Notes: a model not told the origin generated them from the sequence alone. Numbered from the stretch's first letter, positions 35,279-45,039 are shown. The stretch: 64,000 bases of DNA from Candidatus Amesbacteria bacterium RIFCSPLOWO2_01_FULL_48_25 (GCA_001773695.1 MEXN01000005.1:67687-131686); one strand, 5' to 3'. Numbers and translations are program-made.

Positions 35279-35800
35279 ATGGCTACGAGGTCTTTAAATA
35301 AGGTGATGCTGATTGGGAACTTGACCCGGGATCCGGAGATGAGATACACACCCCAGGGGACAGCAGTGTGCACTTTTGGTCTGGCGACTAACCGGACATG
35401 GGTGACTGACTCTGGAGAGAAAAGGGAAGAGACGGAATGGCATCGGATCGTGGCCTGGAACAAATTGGCTGAGCTATGTTCGCAACTTCTGTTTAAGGGG
35501 CGGAGAGTGTATGTGGAGGGTCGGTTGCAGACCCGGCAGTGGACGGGCCAGGACGGATCGACTAGGCAGGCGACTGAAATTGTGATCGAGGATATGCTGG
35601 TACTGGACTCTAAAAGGCAAGGAGAAGAGGGAGGCGGAGGATATGACGTGACTCCAATGGAGCCGGTAATGGCTGCCGGAGGCTCTGAAGATATAGCTAA
35701 AGAAGTGGTTTCGGCTACGGCTGGGAAGCCAGGAAAGAAAAAAGAAGAGAAAGAGGAGAAAGAGGAGAAAACAGAAGTTGCCGAGGATATACCCTTCTAG
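35279..35800 (+). CDS. ssb: Single-stranded DNA-binding protein
   Basis: OB fold (VMLIGNLTRDPEMRYTPQG...WHRIVAWNKLAE), a Gly-rich linker, and the acidic tail ending DIPF. Confidence 0.9.
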   Translation: MATRSLNKVMLIGNLTRDPEMRYTPQGTAVCTFGLATNRTWVTDSGEKREETEWHRIVAWNKLAELCSQLLFKGRRVYVEGRLQTRQWTGQDGSTRQATEIVIEDMLVLDSKRQGEEGGGGYDVTPMEPVMAAGGSEDIAKEVVSATAGKPGKKKEEKEEKEEKTEVAEDIPF

Positions 35801-35802
35801 TC

Positions 35803-36033
35803 ATGATACAGAGAAAAAGAATATTCAAAGTTCCTAGGAATTGTATGTTTTGTAAAGAAGGCCGGGAGCCGGATTTTAGAGATGTGGCGGCGCTTTCTAG
35901 ATATGTTTCGGATCGGGGGAGAATATTGGGGAAGGACCGGACTGGGGTATGCGCCAAACATCAGAGGAAGCTCGCTAGGTCGATTAAGAGGTCTAGGCAG
36001 ATGGCTATGATGCCCTTTGTTGCAGGATTGTAA
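35803..36033 (+). CDS. rpsR: 30S ribosomal protein S18
   Basis: CMFCKEG...DFRDVAALSRYVSDRGRIL...RKLARSIKRSRQMA matches the S18 signature. Confidence 0.85.
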   Translation: MIQRKRIFKVPRNCMFCKEGREPDFRDVAALSRYVSDRGRILGKDRTGVCAKHQRKLARSIKRSRQMAMMPFVAGL

Positions 36034-36042
36034 TCTGGTACT

Positions 36043-37311
36043 ATGGACGGCATGGGAGTGAGGAAGTATCTACTCATAGTAACCCTGATTACTCTATCAG
36101 TAACGGTGGGTTATTGGTTGGGGGAGCAGAGAGTAAGGCTGGCTTGGCAGGGATGGAAACCCGGGGTGGTAGTTAACAAGACTCCAAACTTCCCAACTCC
36201 TCAGAGCGACGTAGATTTTTCCTTGTTTTGGCGGGTGTGGGATAGATTGGGAGAGTTGTATGTGGACAAAAATGCACTGGACTCCAAAAAAATGCTGGAC
36301 GGGGCGATTTCAGGCATGGTGGGGGCTGTCGGTGACCCTTATACCGTGTATTTGCCGGGACAAATTAACAAAGAGTCCAAGGAGGATTTGGGAGGAGCGT
36401 TTGAGGGGGTGGGAATACAACTGGGGTATAGGGATAGCCGATTGGCGGTTGTGGCGCCACTTGAGGGGTCCCCGGCATATTTGGCGGGGGTAAAAGCGGG
36501 TGACTATATTTTGCATATCAAGGACGTTGTCGCTAAAATGGATCGAGATACGGATGGGCTGAGCTTGCCGGAGGCGGTGAGACTTATTCGGGGAAAGAAG
36601 GGGACAGTGGTGCAATTGTCTCTTCTTCGAAACGGCCAGAAAGAACCGATCAAAGTAGATTTGGTACGGAATACGATTGTGGTGAAGAGTGTGGAGGTGA
36701 TGTTTTTGGATCGTGAATTATCTGAAAGCGAGAGGGCTAACATTGCCTGGATTAAGCTTTCTAGATTTGGGGATAGGACCCAGTCGGAATGGGGAGAGGC
36801 AATTAGCCGCATTGTGAACAATGAATCACGTATAACGGGAATCGTCTTAGACTTAAGAAATAATCCGGGGGGGTATTTGGAGGGAGCGGTGCAAATTGCA
36901 GGGGAATTTTTAACCCCTGGGAAATTGGTAGTAGCTCAACAATATGGTGATGGGTCTAAAATTGAAAGTAAGGTGGGGCGGAACGGGTCTTTGCTTAAGA
37001 TTCCATTGGTGGTTGTGGTGAACAAGGGAAGCGCCTCGGCTTCGGAGATTCTGGCTGGGGCGCTACAGGATTATAAGCGGGCTAAGATTGTAGGGGAGAA
37101 GTCGTTTGGCAAGGGAAGCGTGCAGCAGCCGGAGGATTTTGCCGACGGGTCGGGATTGCATGTGACAGTCGCTCGCTGGTTACGGCCGAGCGGGGAGTGG
37201 ATAGATAAAAAAGGAATAACGCCAGATTTTGAGGTGAAATACGAGGCGTCTGATAGCGCAGAGTTAAAAGATGACTTGCAGCTAGTAAAATCCATAGACT
37301 TGTTGAAGTAG
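36043..37311 (+). CDS. ctpA: Carboxyl-terminal processing protease (peptidase S41) with PDZ domain
   Basis: N-terminal TM, a PDZ region (GVGIQLGYRDSRLAVVAPLEGSPAYLAGVKAGD), and the S41 catalytic region (NNPGGYL...GSASASEILAGAL...GKGSVQ). Confidence 0.8.
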   Translation: MDGMGVRKYLLIVTLITLSVTVGYWLGEQRVRLAWQGWKPGVVVNKTPNFPTPQSDVDFSLFWRVWDRLGELYVDKNALDSKKMLDGAISGMVGAVGDPYTVYLPGQINKESKEDLGGAFEGVGIQLGYRDSRLAVVAPLEGSPAYLAGVKAGDYILHIKDVVAKMDRDTDGLSLPEAVRLIRGKKGTVVQLSLLRNGQKEPIKVDLVRNTIVVKSVEVMFLDRELSESERANIAWIKLSRFGDRTQSEWGEAISRIVNNESRITGIVLDLRNNPGGYLEGAVQIAGEFLTPGKLVVAQQYGDGSKIESKVGRNGSLLKIPLVVVVNKGSASASEILAGALQDYKRAKIVGEKSFGKGSVQQPEDFADGSGLHVTVARWLRPSGEWIDKKGITPDFEVKYEASDSAELKDDLQLVKSIDLLK

Positions 37312-37349
37312 GTATTAATTTCAGGTATTTTTAAGGATGGAGGAGTGAA

Positions 37350-38531
37350 ATGAATGCCATGAAGACTATAGACTTGAGAAGTTTTGGAGTCGGGGCTTTG
37401 GCTGCTGTAGTGGTCGTGGGGAGCGTGGTTGGAGGGTCGGTTGCAGATAGGTTGGGGAAGATGGAGTGGCTGGACAAGTTTCTGCCGAGGCAGAACAATA
37501 CTCAGTCCTCAAGCCTCAATTCTCAAAGGGTTTTAAGTGAGGAGAATGTGGTGATTGAGGTGGCGGAAAAGGTATCGCCATCGGTAGTAACTGTGGGAAT
37601 TAAAAAGACACAAACGGTAAGGTTTATGGATCCGTTTGGGATGTTTCGCCGGATTCCTGGGGGCCAGCCTCAGGAGAGGAAAATTGAGCAGGACATAGGT
37701 ACGGGTTTTGTGATCTCGGCCGACGGGCTAATTGTGACTAATAAGCATGTGGTAGATGATTCGGATGCCGAGTACAAGATCGTGACTCGGGACGATAAGA
37801 CGTATGAAGTGGAAAAAATTTACCGCGATCCAGTGAGCGACCTGGCTATTTTGAAAATAAGTCCTTCGGCAGGCTCAGGATTTAAACCAGTGGAGATGGG
37901 CGACTCGGCAAAATTGAAAGTAGGGCAGTTTGTGGTGGCAATTGGAACCGCTTTGGGGGAATTTAGGCATACAGTGACGACAGGGGTGGTGTCCGGATTG
38001 GGGCGGGGGATTACGGCCGGAAGTCCGTTTGAGGGATCGGAAAAACTGGATGACGTAATCCAGACTGATGCGGCTATAAACCCGGGTAATTCGGGAGGGC
38101 CGCTCCTCAATTCGGCCGGACAGGTAATAGGAGTAAATGTAGCAGTGTCTACCCAGGGGCAGAATATCGGGTTTGCCCTACCCATAAATGTAGTGAAAGA
38201 AGCAATAGAAAATTTTAATAAAACCGGCCAGTTTAGCCGGCCGTACTTGGGAGTCAGGTACCGGATGATTGACTTAAAAACCGCTCTTAATAACGATGTT
38301 GTCCAGGGAGCATATGTGCAGGAGGTGATCGAGGATTCGCCGGCTGCCCGGGGTGGGATAGAGCCGGGAGATATTATCACGAAAATGGGTGGGGAGAAAA
38401 TAGACGGAGACGATCAGAATGGCCTGGCTAAGTTGATTTCCGGGCACAAAGTGGGAGACAGAGTAGAACTTGAGGTGTGGAGGGAAGGGGAGACTAATAA
38501 ATTGACGGTGACGCTGGAAGAAGCAAAGTAG
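37350..38531 (+). CDS. htrA: HtrA/DegP-family serine protease (S1C) with PDZ domain
   Basis: Catalytic triad context (TNKHVV, DLAILK, GNSGGPL) and a C-terminal PDZ domain. Confidence 0.85.
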   Translation: MNAMKTIDLRSFGVGALAAVVVVGSVVGGSVADRLGKMEWLDKFLPRQNNTQSSSLNSQRVLSEENVVIEVAEKVSPSVVTVGIKKTQTVRFMDPFGMFRRIPGGQPQERKIEQDIGTGFVISADGLIVTNKHVVDDSDAEYKIVTRDDKTYEVEKIYRDPVSDLAILKISPSAGSGFKPVEMGDSAKLKVGQFVVAIGTALGEFRHTVTTGVVSGLGRGITAGSPFEGSEKLDDVIQTDAAINPGNSGGPLLNSAGQVIGVNVAVSTQGQNIGFALPINVVKEAIENFNKTGQFSRPYLGVRYRMIDLKTALNNDVVQGAYVQEVIEDSPAARGGIEPGDIITKMGGEKIDGDDQNGLAKLISGHKVGDRVELEVWREGETNKLTVTLEEAK

Positions 38532-38546
38532 ATTTGGTAAAATGGC

Positions 38547-38882
38547 TTGATGAAGGCGAAGATACACCCAACTTACTATTCCGATTGTGTGGTCACGTGC
38601 GCGTGCGGCACGACTTTGACCGTGGGTTCGACTAAGCCTGCGATTTCTGTAGAAATTTGCTCGGCTTGCCATCCGTTTTTTACGGGGGAGATGAGGTTTG
38701 TGGATACCATGGGGAGGGTGGAACGGTTCCAACAGAAACAACAGGCACTAGGTCTTGCTCAAGGTAAGCCGTTGTCGAAGAAAGCCAGAGTAGCACTCAA
38801 AAAGAAACTTGAGGAGGAGGAAGAGGCCAAGAGGCCAAAGAGTCTCAAAGAGATGTTTGATCGGGTTAAAGCGAGGGCGTAG
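38547..38882 (+). CDS. rpmE: 50S ribosomal protein L31 with a Lys/Glu-rich C-terminal extension
   Basis: [10 protein letters not shown]...CACG...[10 protein letters not shown] is the L31 zinc ribbon. About 40 extra C-terminal residues. Confidence 0.8.
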   Translation: MMKAKIHPTYYSDCVVTCACGTTLTVGSTKPAISVEICSACHPFFTGEMRFVDTMGRVERFQQKQQALGLAQGKPLSKKARVALKKKLEEEEEAKRPKSLKEMFDRVKARA

Positions 38883-39737
38883 ATGGACTATTTAGAGCAG
38901 GAGCTGGCTAAGATTGAGACTAAAATCGTCGAGACTGGTGAGTTGGTGGAAGAATTAGGAGAAGTAGCAGCCAAAGAATTGGAGGAATTGAAGCGGAGGC
39001 GGGACGAGTTGAAACGAATAATTGAGGGTGAACCGGCGGAGTCGCAAAGTTTTAATAGCGTTATTTTGGAAGTAAGACCCGGGGTGGGAGGGGAAGAAGC
39101 TAAGATCTGGGCAGAGGATCTGCAGCGAATGTATAACCGCTTTGCGGAGTTCAACAGTTTTTCAGTTTCCCAGTTGGACAGTGGGGTAATTAAAATTAAA
39201 GGCAAAGGGGTTTGGGAGAAGCTGAAGTATGAGACTGGAGTTCACAGGGTGCAGCGGGTGCCTGAAACTGAGGCGCAGGGGCGGATCCATACTTCTACAG
39301 CGTCGGTAGTAGTGCTGCCTGAAGTTCCTGAGTCTCAAATTGAAATTGGCGAAGATGATCTGTTGTGGGAGTTTAGCCGGGGGGGCGGGCACGGGGGGCA
39401 GAATGTGAACAAGGTGGCGACGGCGGTGCGATTAACTCATAAACCGACAGGAATCGTGGTGTCTTGCCGGCAGGAGAGATTCCAAGAGCAGAACCGGAAA
39501 ATAGCATTGGAGTTATTGAGGGCGGAGTTATGGGAAATAGAGCAGGAGAAGAAGAGCAAGTTAATCAGTGATCAGCGATCTGCAATCGGGAGGAGTATGC
39601 GGGCGGAAAAGATCAGGACTTATAACTATCCACAAAACCGGGTAACGGATCACAGAATTGGTAAGAGCTGGCACAAGCTGGACCGGATTATTGATGGGGA
39701 TTTGGAGGATGTGGTTGTTTCTTTGTCTCAGCTATGA
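38883..39737 (+). CDS. prfA: Peptide chain release factor 1
   Basis: GGQ motif (RGGGHGGQNVN) and a PET tripeptide in the position of the RF1 PxT anticodon-mimic (SPF would indicate RF2). Conserved rpmE-prfA arrangement. The 3' end overlaps the convergent EamA gene by 50 bp. Confidence 0.85.
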   Translation: MDYLEQELAKIETKIVETGELVEELGEVAAKELEELKRRRDELKRIIEGEPAESQSFNSVILEVRPGVGGEEAKIWAEDLQRMYNRFAEFNSFSVSQLDSGVIKIKGKGVWEKLKYETGVHRVQRVPETEAQGRIHTSTASVVVLPEVPESQIEIGEDDLLWEFSRGGGHGGQNVNKVATAVRLTHKPTGIVVSCRQERFQEQNRKIALELLRAELWEIEQEKKSKLISDQRSAIGRSMRAEKIRTYNYPQNRVTDHRIGKSWHKLDRIIDGDLEDVVVSLSQL

Positions 39738-40638
39738 TCACGCCGATTGCGGTTATGAAGGCGCCGAAAATAAAAATTGGCGTAACCTGTTCGTGTAGCC
39801 AGAGTATGGATAGAGGAATGGTGAAAATGGGGTAGAGATAGGAGAACACGGCGGTTTCTCCGGTTTCTATGGTTTTTTGGGCCCGGTGCCAGAGAGAGTA
39901 GGCGAGAGTGCCAGATATCAGGGCCATGTAAAATATGCTGGCATGGGCGCTTGCGGGGATGCTAGTTACTAGATGGTAGATGCTAGATGGGGAGTACAGA
40001 AAAAGTACGATTGGGATTACGGTTACAAATCCGACGATGAAAGAAAGTTGAGTTAGGGCGAAATCAAAGTTTACGAGGTGCCGAAGTAGAAGTTTTGCCA
40101 TGATGGCTAATACGATGCCAACCAAGAGTGAAGCGATAATGTATAGGTTACCTGATAACGATGAGCCTGGTTCGAAAACTATCGCCATGGTTCCTAGCGT
40201 GGCGATGGCCATACCGGTCTTTTCGCGTCGCGTGACACGTTCGTGCAAGAAAGCGGCTCCGGTTGCTGAGACCATGATGGGATATAGGGCGTTGATGATG
40301 CTGCCGTCTAGAGCTGTAGTTTTTTCGTAACCTAGAAATAAAAGCCCTAATGAAACTGTTGACGTTAGGAAGCAGTAGATGGTAATCCAAATAATGTCGG
40401 AAATTTTTTTGGGCCATTGAGTTTTGGTGAAAGAAAGTAGGAAGATTCCTGCAATTGCTGATAGAAAAAAACGATAAAGAAGAAATAGAAATGGAGGTAT
40501 AAATCCCACCGTGAAGCGGATGACGGGACCGGCAAAGCCCCAAATGGCAGAAACGGCAAGAAGGATAAGGTAAGCGCGAGTACGGGTTTTGGTCACTGCT
40601 CTATTGTTGGGTTTTGGACTCGTATTTTCAATCGCCAA
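39688..40638 (-). CDS. EamA/DMT-family transporter
   Basis: Ten predicted TM helices in two EamA-like halves. Confidence 0.7.
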   Translation of the reverse strand: MAIENTSPKPNNRAVTKTRTRAYLILLAVSAIWGFAGPVIRFTVGFIPPFLFLLYRFFLSAIAGIFLLSFTKTQWPKKISDIIWITIYCFLTSTVSLGLLFLGYEKTTALDGSIINALYPIMVSATGAAFLHERVTRREKTGMAIATLGTMAIVFEPGSSLSGNLYIIASLLVGIVLAIMAKLLLRHLVNFDFALTQLSFIVGFVTVIPIVLFLYSPSSIYHLVTSIPASAHASIFYMALISGTLAYSLWHRAQKTIETGETAVFSYLYPIFTIPLSILWLHEQVTPIFIFGAFITAIGVIIAETKKQPHPPNPHQ

Positions 40639-40996
40639 AAAATTTGGTATACTATGGGGTATGAGGTTAGAAGATTTTTTGGGGCCAAGAAACTATGCTC
40701 GATTAGGAGTGGGTATATTGATCATTGCTACGGCTTGTGGTGCAGTGAGGACGCCAGTGGTGGATGTGTTTGCTACCGAAGAGGCGAAGGCTGATGCAAG
40801 TAGAACAGCATTGGAGCTGACTCAGAGCGCTTTGGGGATTTGCGCTGATTTGGAACGAATTAATGGTGATTTGGCGACTTTAGCCGTGGAAGGTGGGGAT
40901 CAGGCAATTGTGGTAACGCAAATTTTGGCCCAAATGACTGAGAGGCCGGTGCCCGCTTGTGCTACTGCGACTGCGACAGTTGAGCCAGTTCAATAA
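40589..40996 (+). CDS. Hypothetical protein
   Basis: 135-aa ORF bridging two convergent/divergent genes. The start is more likely internal (MRLEDFL). Confidence 0.3.
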   Translation: MVTALLLGFGLVFSIAKKFGILWGMRLEDFLGPRNYARLGVGILIIATACGAVRTPVVDVFATEEAKADASRTALELTQSALGICADLERINGDLATLAVEGGDQAIVVTQILAQMTERPVPACATATATVEPVQ

Positions 40997-42182
40997 CGAG
41001 ATAGTTTTGGCTGAGGGTTTTTTGTTCTCCCGTGGCCATGTTTTTGAGAGTAACCGTGCCTTTTTCGATTTCTTCTGGGCCTAAAATGGCAACATACGGG
41101 ATGCCTTTGGCGCTGGCGTATTTGAGCTGTTTGTCTAACTTAATATTCGGGTCGGGATAAAGTTCAGTATTAATATTTTGTGAGCGGAGGGATTGAGACA
41201 GGGAGAGAGAGTTGTTTAATAGTTCCGGTGAGAAAACGGTTACGAGAACTTGAGTGGGGGTTTTAAATTGGGGAACTAGCCCAAGTTTTTCGGCGGCCTC
41301 GAGAGTGCGGTCGAAGCCAAAAGCAATGCCAGTGCCGGGGATTTTTTGACCGGTGATTCTTTCTACAAGTGCGTCGTATCTTTCGCCACCGCCGACCGAA
41401 CCGGAGGAGTATTCTGGGATAACAATTTCCCAAATGGGGCCTTGGGAATAGGAGAAAGCCCGGGCGAGGGTGGGCTGGAAACGATACCAGTCCGGAGGGA
41501 AGCCGGCATTTTTCAGATAATCGAAAATGGTATTAATAGTTTCGTCGGGCTGAATATTTCTGACCTGGTCGAAATACTTTTGGGCCAGATCCGGGGTAAT
41601 ACCCTTGGAGATCATGCTGGAAATTACTCCGTCAGAGCCGATTTTATCCAGTTTGTCGATGGCGGAAATGGCGGCGTAGGGGATATCTTTCATCAGGTCG
41701 CGGTTATTAACTACGGCGACCACTTGTTTGAAGCCTAGAGATTTGTAAAGATCCAAAGAAATTGCGATGGTTTCGGCGTCTGCCAGGGGGGATGCGACTC
41801 CGAAAATATCCACATCTGCTTGGACGAATTCACGATATCTACCAGCCTGGGGTTTTTCGGCTCTAAAATTGGATTGGATCTGGTAGCGGCGGAATGGAAA
41901 GGTTAATTGATTGAAATACTGGCCGATTACCCTGCAGGTGGGAACGGTCTGGTCGTAGCGGAGCATAATTTCCCGATCACCCAGGTCTTTGAACTTGTAG
42001 AATAGTTTCTCGTCTTCGCCGATTTCGCCTTTGAATAATTCGTATGACTCTAAAGTCGGGGTTTCCAAGGGTTCGTAGCCCCATTTTTCAAAAACTTTAA
42101 TCATTTGGCCTTTTAACCACTGCCTAGCCGCTGCCTGCGGCGGCAAAAAATCCCGAAAGCCTTTGAGGGTTTGAGTGGTCAT
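40962..42182 (-). CDS. hisS: Histidine--tRNA ligase
   Basis: KGFRDFLP near the N-terminus, class II motif 2 context (RYDQTVP...FRAEKPQAGRYREF), and a C-terminal anticodon-binding domain. Confidence 0.9.
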   Translation of the reverse strand: MTTQTLKGFRDFLPPQAAARQWLKGQMIKVFEKWGYEPLETPTLESYELFKGEIGEDEKLFYKFKDLGDREIMLRYDQTVPTCRVIGQYFNQLTFPFRRYQIQSNFRAEKPQAGRYREFVQADVDIFGVASPLADAETIAISLDLYKSLGFKQVVAVVNNRDLMKDIPYAAISAIDKLDKIGSDGVISSMISKGITPDLAQKYFDQVRNIQPDETINTIFDYLKNAGFPPDWYRFQPTLARAFSYSQGPIWEIVIPEYSSGSVGGGERYDALVERITGQKIPGTGIAFGFDRTLEAAEKLGLVPQFKTPTQVLVTVFSPELLNNSLSLSQSLRSQNINTELYPDPNIKLDKQLKYASAKGIPYVAILGPEEIEKGTVTLKNMATGEQKTLSQNYLVIELAQLSQSQ

Positions 42183-42197
42183 ATGTTTATTTAAGCA

Positions 42198-42219
42198 TAA
42201 AAAAGCACCTTGCGGTGCT
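42198..42219 (-). terminator. Intrinsic terminator-like hairpin AGCACC-GCAA-GGUGCU followed by UUUUU, 16 nt upstream of the hisS start codon
   Basis: 6-bp perfect stem with a GNRA loop, then a T5 run on the minus strand. Confidence 0.6.
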
Positions 42220-42328
42220 CTGTATTATCGACTTTGGCGGATTTTTACAGTTTGCCTTCTGTACAGTATTTGGCTGTCTCCTCCCCAGGCGTGACTTGGG
42301 TACAAGCGGATTTACAAATTGTACACTT

Positions 42329-42358
42329 TTTATACCGGATATATTTGACTTGTCAAAT
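42329..42358 (-). promoter_or_regulatory. Minus-strand promoter TTGACA (42356-42351) -16- TATAAA (42334-42329), embedded in the palindrome ATTTGAC-TT-GTCAAAT (42343-42358), just downstream of the yafQ-like stop
   Basis: Consensus -35 within a 7-bp-arm inverted repeat. It would give a roughly 140-nt leader for hisS that ends in the terminator hairpin. Confidence 0.4.
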
Positions 42359-42359
42359 T

Positions 42360-42626
42360 TCAGTAGACTTGGGGGTGGGTACCGATGTCTAAAAACAATA
42401 CAGTGTTTTCGTCCAGTTTTTCGTAAATAACACGGATATTTCCGGTGATCCAGAATGCCCTGTGTCCGAAATGGGTTCCGGTTAAAGCATGGTCTTTGAT
42501 GAGGGGGTTTTTTGGATCTTGTTTAAATAGACCGACTCTTTCTATTGTTTTGGAAGTAAGTTTTTGATTTTGGGAAATTCTTTTTTTGTAGTGCTTTTTG
42601 AATGTGGGATGAAGTTCAATGTTCAT
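42360..42626 (-). CDS. RelE/YafQ-family toxin
   Basis: HPTFKKHYKK...NPLIKDHALTG...RAFWITGNIRVIY is typical of YafQ/RelE mRNA interferases. Overlaps the antitoxin stop. Confidence 0.7.
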   Translation of the reverse strand: MNIELHPTFKKHYKKRISQNQKLTSKTIERVGLFKQDPKNPLIKDHALTGTHFGHRAFWITGNIRVIYEKLDENTVLFLDIGTHPQVY

Positions 42627-42907
42627 GAATTGAGGTATTTGAACATCTCGTCAACGTCAGTGAAACCGACGGTTTTGACTTTTCCTGATTTGACATCCTC
42701 GCTCATTTTATTATATTTTCGGATGGCCTTGTGGGAGAGTTGGACTGGTTGGGGCTCGAAGGTGACGCGGATGGCCTGGGATGAAAGCTGATTTAAAAAA
42801 ACCCTAACGGCTTCCTGAAGAGAGGAAAATCCTTGGGAAAGAGCGGATTTGGCTGCTTTATCACGAAGGGCCTTGCTAATGGGAACCTGGAGAATAGTTG
42901 CGTCCAT
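42623..42907 (-). CDS. DinJ/RelB-family antitoxin
   Basis: N-terminal RHH-like segment (ILQVPISKALRDKAAKSA) directly upstream of, and translationally coupled to, the YafQ-like toxin. Confidence 0.6.
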   Translation of the reverse strand: MDATILQVPISKALRDKAAKSALSQGFSSLQEAVRVFLNQLSSQAIRVTFEPQPVQLSHKAIRKYNKMSEDVKSGKVKTVGFTDVDEMFKYLNS

Positions 42908-42942
42908 GTTTATTATTATAATGGTTTGATAATGGATGTCAA

Positions 42943-43725
42943 CTAGCGGTTTTTTTCGTTGTGATTGAGGAAGTATGTTCCGGCAGTAAGGTAGAGGAGG
43001 AAAAGGACCGACATGATGGCCAGATTTATGAGGGGAGAGTGGAGAACGACTCGGGAGTATTCCGGGCGGCCGAGATAATACAAACCGCGTAAAAAGTCGA
43101 CAGCGTAGGTCATGGGGGCGATGCGGGAAAGAACAAAAAGGAGCGGGGGGAGGTGGGTAATGGGATTAAAAACACCGGCTAGGAAAAACTGGGGAAAGAT
43201 GACGAAGGGAAAAACTTGGTTGGCTGATTGAACACCGGAAAGATTGGACATGACTAGGACGCCGAAGGCGCCACCCAGAAGACAGGCAAGAAAGCCGGCG
43301 GGTAAAATGAGAATTAAGCGGGTCCAATCGACTGGAATGCTCATGATAAGGCCTAAAATCAAGATACTAAGGACCAATATGAATGAAACAGTCGATTCAC
43401 CTAAGATTTTGCCGGTAATTATGGTGTAGCGGGAGATGGGGGCGACGAACATTTCTTGGGCGAAATCAGAGTCGCGGTCGGTGACTAGAGAGATGATGCC
43501 CGAGGCTGAGGATTGAAAAAGTGTTTGGGCCATGACGCCGATGAAAGTAAACAGAAGGACATTGAAGCCCAGAGAAGAGGCGACGTTGGCTTGGAGGCTT
43601 TGACCTAAGATACCTATGAAGATGAGAGGGAACATAAAACTAAAGATGATACGGGTGCGGTCGCGCAAAAGTTTGGTGACGTCGCGGCCGGCTATGGCTA
43701 ATATGGCGTTTAGTTCATGGTTCAT
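42943..43725 (-). CDS. ABC-2 type transporter permease
   Basis: Six TM helices with the ABC-2 architecture. Translationally adjacent to the ATPase gene. Confidence 0.75.
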   Translation of the reverse strand: MNHELNAILAIAGRDVTKLLRDRTRIIFSFMFPLIFIGILGQSLQANVASSLGFNVLLFTFIGVMAQTLFQSSASGIISLVTDRDSDFAQEMFVAPISRYTIITGKILGESTVSFILVLSILILGLIMSIPVDWTRLILILPAGFLACLLGGAFGVLVMSNLSGVQSANQVFPFVIFPQFFLAGVFNPITHLPPLLFVLSRIAPMTYAVDFLRGLYYLGRPEYSRVVLHSPLINLAIMSVLFLLYLTAGTYFLNHNEKNR

Positions 43726-43727
43726 AG

Positions 43728-44501
43728 TCAGTTAGTCTCTTGGATGATTTTTAGATAGGCCTGTTCGAGGGTGGTGTGGTGGCCGGTGTATTGCCTCTTG
43801 ATGTCACCGGGGCTGCCGTAAGCCACTATTTTGCCGTTATTTATGATGCAGACGTTGTCGCAGTCTTCTGCTTCTTCGAGATAGTGGGTGGTGAGAAAGA
43901 TTGTGGTGCGATCGTTTTTGCGAATATGGGTAAGATAGTCCCAGAGATTTTTTCGGGATAGTGGGTCGAGACCGGAAGTGGGTTCATCTAAAAAAAGGAT
44001 TTCCGGTTTGTGCATCAGACTTCTGACGATTTCTAATTTGCGTCTCATGCCGCCGGACATGTCTTTGACTTGCTTATTTAAGTCTGTGGCAGTTAATCCT
44101 ATGACCTCGGTTAGAGATTTAACTTGGATTTTATAATTATCCGGCATTTGGGTGTAAAGCGGGCGGTAGGGGAAAAGGTTATATAGACAAGCGTGGAAGC
44201 GGATGTTTTCCTCGGCAGTGAGGTTTTTGTCCAGGCTGGGGTTTTGAAAGATAATGCCGATTTTTGCCCGGACAGAAGCGCTTTGAGTGGCGACGTCTAG
44301 GCCTGCTACCAGGCAGTCGCCTGAAGTTTTGGAGAGGGTCGTCGTTAGAATGGAGATGATGGTGGTTTTACCGGCGCCATTGGGGCCCAATAGAGAGAAG
44401 AATTCGCCCCTTTTTACACTAAAGCTAATATCGTCAACGGATGAGGTGGGGGAGTTGCGATAACGTTTAACCAGGTTTTTGACGGAGATAATCGACGACA
44501 T
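43728..44501 (-). CDS. ABC transporter ATP-binding protein
   Basis: Walker A GPNGAGKTT, signature LSGGMRRK, and Walker B ILFLDEPTSGLD. Confidence 0.85.
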   Translation of the reverse strand: MSSIISVKNLVKRYRNSPTSSVDDISFSVKRGEFFSLLGPNGAGKTTIISILTTTLSKTSGDCLVAGLDVATQSASVRAKIGIIFQNPSLDKNLTAEENIRFHACLYNLFPYRPLYTQMPDNYKIQVKSLTEVIGLTATDLNKQVKDMSGGMRRKLEIVRSLMHKPEILFLDEPTSGLDPLSRKNLWDYLTHIRKNDRTTIFLTTHYLEEAEDCDNVCIINNGKIVAYGSPGDIKRQYTGHHTTLEQAYLKIIQETN

Positions 44502-44504
44502 GAT

Positions 44505-45038
44505 CTAGAGTTTGCGGTGAAGGAGCGTTTCGAAGTTCTCCAGGGCTTCGGAAATGGCTAGGGGTTTGGGAGAGAGTTCTTTTTCCACTTGGGACTCAAT
44601 CTGGGCAGTGTTGAGGGCCTTGAGCATATGTTCAAGTTCGGGATCCGGTTTTTTGTCGGTAACTATTTTTTTGTGAATTTCGGCTAGGAGTTGGAGGGAT
44701 TTGGTAATTTCCTTTTCGGCGATTTCGTTTATCTGGAGGTGGATTTCCTCTCGAAGTGAGTCGATTGCGGAGGCGCGGTTTTGGCTCATGAGGACAAAAA
44801 CGGCCAAAAATATGGCTTCAAGAGAAACGAGCATGGTAAGGAAGGTGAACGGGTAGGGGTCGATAATGGATAGCCCCGGGATGGACCCGGAGTTCATGGC
44901 AATCCAGAAGGCAAAAACTATGATGTTTGTTGTAAAGAATCCGAAGGATCCGGCGATGCGGGTGATGTCATCGGCCATCCGCTCTGTAAACTTGCGGTTC
45001 TTTTGCAGTTTGGCTTCGAAAGAGTGGACAGGGGGCAT
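44505..45038 (-). CDS. DUF1003-like membrane protein
   Basis: Two TM helices followed by a long charged coiled coil. Family assignment made from memory of the sequence pattern only. Confidence 0.45.
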   Translation of the reverse strand: MPPVHSFEAKLQKNRKFTERMADDITRIAGSFGFFTTNIIVFAFWIAMNSGSIPGLSIIDPYPFTFLTMLVSLEAIFLAVFVLMSQNRASAIDSLREEIHLQINEIAEKEITKSLQLLAEIHKKIVTDKKPDPELEHMLKALNTAQIESQVEKELSPKPLAISEALENFETLLHRKL

Positions 45039-45039
45039 T

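Noticed and set aside
42183-42330. T-box riboswitch upstream of hisS
   Set aside because: No AGGGUGGNACCGCG T-box sequence and no recognisable specifier-loop context. Kept only as an unclassified attenuator-like leader.
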